DNA of 64,000 nucleotides. It comes from Schizochytrium sp. TIO01 (Eukaryota; Protista; Bigyra: Labyrinthulomycetes). The notes under the pieces are model-generated. The model had not been told where the DNA came from. It did no database searches and saw only the letters and a program-made list of their open reading frames with translations. The position numbers were made by a program, and so were the translations under genes. The DNA lies in assembly GCA_004764695.1 (NCBI GenBank), contig SMSO01000032.1, forward strand, positions 6,728,483 through 6,792,482, written 5' to 3'. Shown in pieces: positions 59,013 through 64,000 of this stretch (position 1 is its first letter; each line of letters starts with the position of its first letter).

Positions 59013-62000
59013 ATTAAACGTTTGTTCTAAAAAATCTCATTTGATCTCTCCCCATGGAGAAATCAAATTCACTAGAATGCGTGCTCTCATGTAGTTTTCA
59101 TCTTGTGAAGACCATTCGCAGGTTTAAATTGTTTATCGATTTTGTTTGTTGTTTATTACCCCTCCATACCAGCGATTTCCGACTTTGCCTTTTTAGCACA
59201 GCTTTTTATTCGGGAGCGTACTCGAAGGTCTCATAGCTATATTGTAGTAGTATTGTAGTACAGTTTTTCAAACTGCACAGACTTGAATTATCCTGTAAGG
59301 TTTCCAGGCTGATCTTTGGTAAAATCTGCAAAGAAACATATTGTTGATATATCATAATTTGTGGACTCCTGATCTCGATCATAAAAAAGGGTTTGGAAAA
59401 ACCAAAACTCAAATGCTATTCTTCCTTACCACATCAGCGAGCCCTCCAAGTAAAACCTCAATGTTGCACTAGGAGCATCGGCTGATCAGTGATGTTGAGA
59501 TCCAGCTGTTTATTTCGCCAGCTGGCGCGCGCCTGATTTTGCCTGCCGTACTGCCCAAGCTGGTTAGGTTCATATCTTGTGTATTCATAAAGTTAATACT
59601 ATTATTATCATTCTCGTAAGCTTTACTAAATTGAAGGTACCTTACCTTCTATTCCAATAATGCCTCGGAAGCAATTGTTTTGGCTTGAGCTTTTCCCAAG
59701 CTAAAAGGTCCAACTCACTATCTCTGACTATTGAAAGTGATATTGCCTGCGCAACTATTGTCGCTAGGAGCTAAGCAGAAATATCTTTGCTTCTCTTTGA
59801 GTCATAAATGTTAGGCTCATCCTGCTGCAAGGTAAGTATAAGAAGGTATATCACGACCTTTCCAATCTAGTTTGAATAAAAAGGGTTTATAACCATGGAC
59901 CATCGTTGACACATTCTAAAAAAGGAGAACTCGAATATCGACAGCGCAGCTGGTCCAAGTTCAAAGCGGATTTCAACCAAAGAATAGCAATAAAAGTTAA
60001 CTTAATTATTTTAGTCCTGGAAATTAAACAAGCAATGGGCGTGTAGAGCCCCTTATATTAATTATTCATTAGCAAATAGAATTAATAGAACCTAGGTTGA
60101 GGGTGAATAGTTAAAGGTTCTTTGTCGCCTAGTAGCTTTAAATCCTCCCCCTTTTAGTTCTTTCCTCCTTAAACTTCAAGGACGCGTGCACATTTCTTTT
60201 GATATTTAGCTCGTTCGCCATTGAGGACGCACGCGCTCAACCCACACAAGCCCAAATCCTCTGCACCTGCAGGAAGGGCTTCTTCAATGAAACTATTTTA
60301 CGGGAACTGGGTGCTCCAAGGTAAATAGCCATTTTGTTGGAGTACCTAATCCTCCAAGTTCGATCAGCCAGCACAGATGACCTCGCTCACTGGTCATTTC
60401 AGATGCCACGCGAGATCATCTTACATGTTTTGCTTCTATCACTTGAATGGTTGTGTGCTTAGGTGCCGTCACTCAAGCATCACGAAGCGAAGGAGCTTGG
60501 CAGACGCATTTTGTATGCGCGGGAGCAGCATAGTTTGAAGGAGCTGCAACAGAACTAATTTCAATCCGTTCTGCAATTTCTGCTCCGAGGGCCTGTCGTT
60601 TTGGCCTTAGCAGCATCTCGAACACGAGTGGGCGTGCGCCCAAATTGACTCATTTTCCTACACAAGCTTGTCGGATGATGCGTTTCTTCCCACGTCCATA
60701 CCTTTGCACAGTTGTTGTGGGCTTGGTGATGATCCTCGGCTAGCGAGCAGTGAGTAGCGAGTCATCACACAGCTTTCAGTGCTGTTTACTTCTACTTCGC
60801 GAGCCACAACAACCATGGTTGCCCTGGAGTGCTTTTCGAAAGCTCCCGCACGAAACTAGCAAATTTGCATTCTGCTAAAGTGTTATTTTCCGATCAACTT
60901 TGAAAAGCGAGACTTCTTGACAGCTACCTAGTCCCAGTGGCTTGACATCTTCAACTTATTGATTGTTTAATCGAGTCAGCACTGGCAAGACTCTAGCACG
61001 CCGACCTTGTTTCGAGCTTGAAACTCGGACTTTCCATAATTGACGTGCCAAAAATCAAACCAATGCAACTTAATTGGATTGATTCTTCATGAAAAGAGAA
61101 GGTACCTGAATAAAATACTAGGTAGAAGTTAGTAGGTACTGCCTACCTACCATGGTGATTTTGGCCTTGAAAAGGGAAGAGTTTGCTACCTCGCTCAGGT
61201 GTGCACTCCAATGCTAGTGCAACACTTCTGAAGACCTTGAACTCGCATGTCGAAGAATTATGAAGTAAGCTTGAGACATCGCTTTGACCTGAAGTTGGCA
61301 GGTATAAAAGCTTTGGTTTTCTATGAATCCCCTGGTTTATACACTGATGAACTCCAGCGACCTATGCCATTTTTGCAAGAGGTGGCTGGAAGCACGCGAG
61401 GGAGGGATTGCTCGGCCAAATGGGTTTTATTAAACTCTTCCGAGATCTTTATCCAGCACAAAGTAGATCTAATTAATGTCTTCAAATATAATGCTCCTCA
61501 GCAAACTTTAGAGAGCCTGAGCTGAGTTGCCTGGCAAGCCGAGGGATTCGAGAGGGCATTCCCGTGTTCTGCAAATAGTAAACTGACTAGCAAAATGCTA
61601 TTTTTACTTCCCACAGAAAGTAGGAAGTTAACAGAGGTGAATAAAATGAACAATAGTGATCTGTGCGTGCGTCCGAGATTATCAATCGAAGTCCTAAGGC
61701 AGTTTCTATGCCTTTGTATACATTCTTCCATTGCTCAAGACGCGCGGCGACGTGTACCAGGTCGTGCTATGTATGACTAGTAGTTTGAGTGAAATAGGAA
61801 CGCGGTAGAAAACAAATACTGGTTCATAGCCGCTGTGCTTGGCTGAACAGAAGGTTTACAGCCCCTTGGAAAGAGGGCTTCGATAGCAGAAGCAAACATG
61901 GAACTGTAAAATTATTAGTTGGGTCAACTGCGAGTGAGTACTGCAGTGACAACTGGTGGGTAGTCGCCAGAAGCTTGGCAGTTCGATCGCAGTTGGATTG

Positions 62001-62102
62001 TTGTTGTTGTTGTTCTTCTTCTTCTTCTGATTGTGAATTAATTTAAAGAAGCAAGTTGTCCGTGGGCGTGGAACTCGCTATTTGATACGCTCAAAGAACA
62101 AC

Positions 62103-64000
62103 ATGAGCGCCGTAGGGATGTCCAAGAGTGATGCTCGGGCCGTAGAGGCACAGGAATGGGTTGAACGGGAGTTGGACAAACTCTTGCAAGAAATTGAAAT
62201 GATTGGCGAGCATGTGAATGGTCAATTCCGGGTGACATTTGGAGAACTTTTCAGCGCATATGGAGATATCTCAGACACTCTAGTAGGAATTTTGATGAGA
62301 GCTCAGAAACGAGGTCTGGTGGACTGGAGAGGACCAGACGCACCCTTTGCTGGTCGCGATGATAAAGTTATGATCTATTTGCTTAATGGCAAACCTATGC
62401 CAAGCCAGGGCATGATGGACCGTGCTAGGCAATCGATGAAGCGTATCATGAGTTTTGGAAAGTCTTCTACACCTCAAGGTGGTGGCGGTTGGGGTAATGA
62501 TGACCAATATGATGCAGGGTATGGCGAGGAAGATCAAGACCCTGAATATGTAGAGTCTCGTTTAGCTACGTATCGGACAATGCTTAAAGCTGGAGTTGCG
62601 GAACCAGCTGTAAGGCAAAAGATGGTTTTAGATGGTGTTGATGAGAATCTTTTGTTTGGCCCTGGCGCCAGCGGAGGCGGTGCTGGAGGTGGTGGCGGGT
62701 TTGGCGGAGGCAGTTCTTACCATGACGACCCGTATGATATCCCCCCTCCACCACCCCTAGACTTCGAAGAGCCTTCACGGCCGATCCCACCTTCACCCAG
62801 AAAAGCTCCTCCTCCACCAGTGCCGGCAAGAGTTAATAGAAACGGAAGTGCATATGGTGCAAGCGCACCGTCCATGATTGAGGAGAGACCTTCAATTCAT
62901 AAGCCAACACCCCCGCCGAAACCTACGCCGCCGCCGAAGAAGTCGATTGTCAAGCCAGCGCCCCCTCCCAAGAAACCTTCATATACTGCTCCTCAACGAA
63001 CTTTCACTCCTCCATCGACGCCATATACACCCCCAGCAAATTTTCACCGCGACAGTGATTATGATACCCCTTCTTCTCCACGGAACTTTGTAAGAAGAGA
63101 ATCATCTGAAAATGATGGGGGTTACCAGGGCCCAGTCGGAGAGCGAAAGCATACGCCAATGTCAATGATGCGTCATCACGGCTACACTCCAGCAAGTCCA
63201 AATCAGTCATTCATTCCAAAGCCCGAAGATGATAAACAGCAGCCCACCAATACCAAGAACGGAAGCATCTTCAAGCGGTTTTCGGGCCAGCGTCCTGGCG
63301 GTGGCCAACTTGGCTTTTTTGGGACTGCTCAGAGCGATAACCCTCGTTGTCAAGCTGGAGGTGGTGGCAACCCAAAACGATTTGTTGGAGGTGGAGGTAA
63401 CCAACGCAAAGAAAGTAAGCCTTTTGTACCTATGCCAGCAGAATCACCTTGGGCTGTAAAAAAGTCTCAAGAAGAAAGTCGCGGGGGAGGATTTCGGAAA
63501 TCCTTGCGAAGGTCTCTTGGCGGGAAAAAAGATCAACAAGCTGGTATGGCAACCCGAATTCGCCAATTTGATCAACCTGGTGGTGCTTCTGCTTCTTCAG
63601 GACCGTCTCGCAAGCCATCAAGCCCGGGTCACTCAAACGTACAGGCGAATGCAGCAAAGTTTGAAACCCCTCAAAGGAAGGAATCCCACGCTCGTGCAGC
63701 AAGTATCCGAGGGGGGCAGGACTTAGGCAAAGCCTATAACAAATTTAACAAATCACCAGCTACTGCTGCAGATACGAGCAAGGGACGTGCTAGTGTGCAG
63801 AGATTAGCGCAAGATCGTGGTCATATCAACAACCTTAAAAATGCACTTTCGGCTATGCCTGGATTCTCAAGTGAAAGTAAACCGACTCCAAAGCCATCCA
63901 TTACAGGCGGTGGTGGATACGGAGGAGGCGGAGGAGCAAGTGCCCCCTTTGGGTTTGCTGGCGCAGCCGCTGCTACTGGGGGTAGCAGCTATGGTGTCGG
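62103..64000 (+). CDS. Costars-domain protein with CCDC53/WASHC3-like motif and Pro/Gly-rich tail (3' end outside window)
   Basis: My translation from ATG 62103 has no stop to 64000: RAVEAQEWVERE...VTFGELFSAYGDISDTLVGILMRAQKRGLVDW...GRDDKVMIYLL (ABRA/STARS-type Costars), then LATYRTMLKAGVAEPAVRQKMVLDGVDENLL, then PPPP runs. Confidence 0.9.
   Translation, partial: MSAVGMSKSDARAVEAQEWVERELDKLLQEIEMIGEHVNGQFRVTFGELFSAYGDISDTLVGILMRAQKRGLVDWRGPDAPFAGRDDKVMIYLLNGKPMPSQGMMDRARQSMKRIMSFGKSSTPQGGGGWGNDDQYDAGYGEEDQDPEYVESRLATYRTMLKAGVAEPAVRQKMVLDGVDENLLFGPGASGGGAGGGGGFGGGSSYHDDPYDIPPPPPLDFEEPSRPIPPSPRKAPPPPVPARVNRNGSAYGASAPSMIEERPSIHKPTPPPKPTPPPKKSIVKPAPPPKKPSYTAPQRTFTPPSTPYTPPANFHRDSDYDTPSSPRNFVRRESSENDGGYQGPVGERKHTPMSMMRHHGYTPASPNQSFIPKPEDDKQQPTNTKNGSIFKRFSGQRPGGGQLGFFGTAQSDNPRCQAGGGGNPKRFVGGGGNQRKESKPFVPMPAESPWAVKKSQEESRGGGFRKSLRRSLGGKKDQQAGMATRIRQFDQPGGASASSGPSRKPSSPGHSNVQANAAKFETPQRKESHARAASIRGGQDLGKAYNKFNKSPATAADTSKGRASVQRLAQDRGHINNLKNALSAMPGFSSESKPTPKPSITGGGGYGGGGGASAPFGFAGAAAATGGSSYGV

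Noticed and set aside
61247-61780. Two same-frame ORFs separated by a single TGA (61523-61525): readthrough or selenocysteine candidate
   Set aside because: No redox motif or SECIS recognised and no homology; a stretch like this can arise by chance in this much non-coding DNA.

Overview
Eukaryotic, intron-poor genomic DNA. Gene content (HCN-like channel, Pro/Thr-repeat surface proteins, RBBP5, TBC-TLDc) and short GT-AG introns suggest a protist, plausibly a thraustochytrid-like stramenopile; this is inference, not established. I can support about 18 protein-coding genes: RBBP5/Swd1, a possible degenerate ThiF/E1-like protein, two tandem disordered proteins sharing an unnamed N-terminal motif, a longin+mu-homology (TCUP/TML-like) coat subunit, spliced RPE, a secreted Cys-rich protein, a DUF1295 membrane protein, an EF-hand/HCN-like channel, a double MAPR-cytochrome b5 reductase fusion, an M14 carboxypeptidase, two divergently oriented Cys-rich/PT-repeat paralogues (one frameshifted) around a ~10 kb region without convincing ORFs, a TBC-TLDc protein, a catalytically degenerate PARP, a PH protein, and a Costars/CCDC53-like/polyproline protein that runs off the end and is absent from the ORF track. 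I recognised no tRNA, rRNA, CRISPR or intact transposon. The most notable points are the unusual domain architectures, the cryptic paralogue pair sharing GGAxTRSxxKLT, and a recurring intergenic T-tract/A-tract module with TAG-rich flanks. All family calls come from reading motifs by eye; no searches were run.
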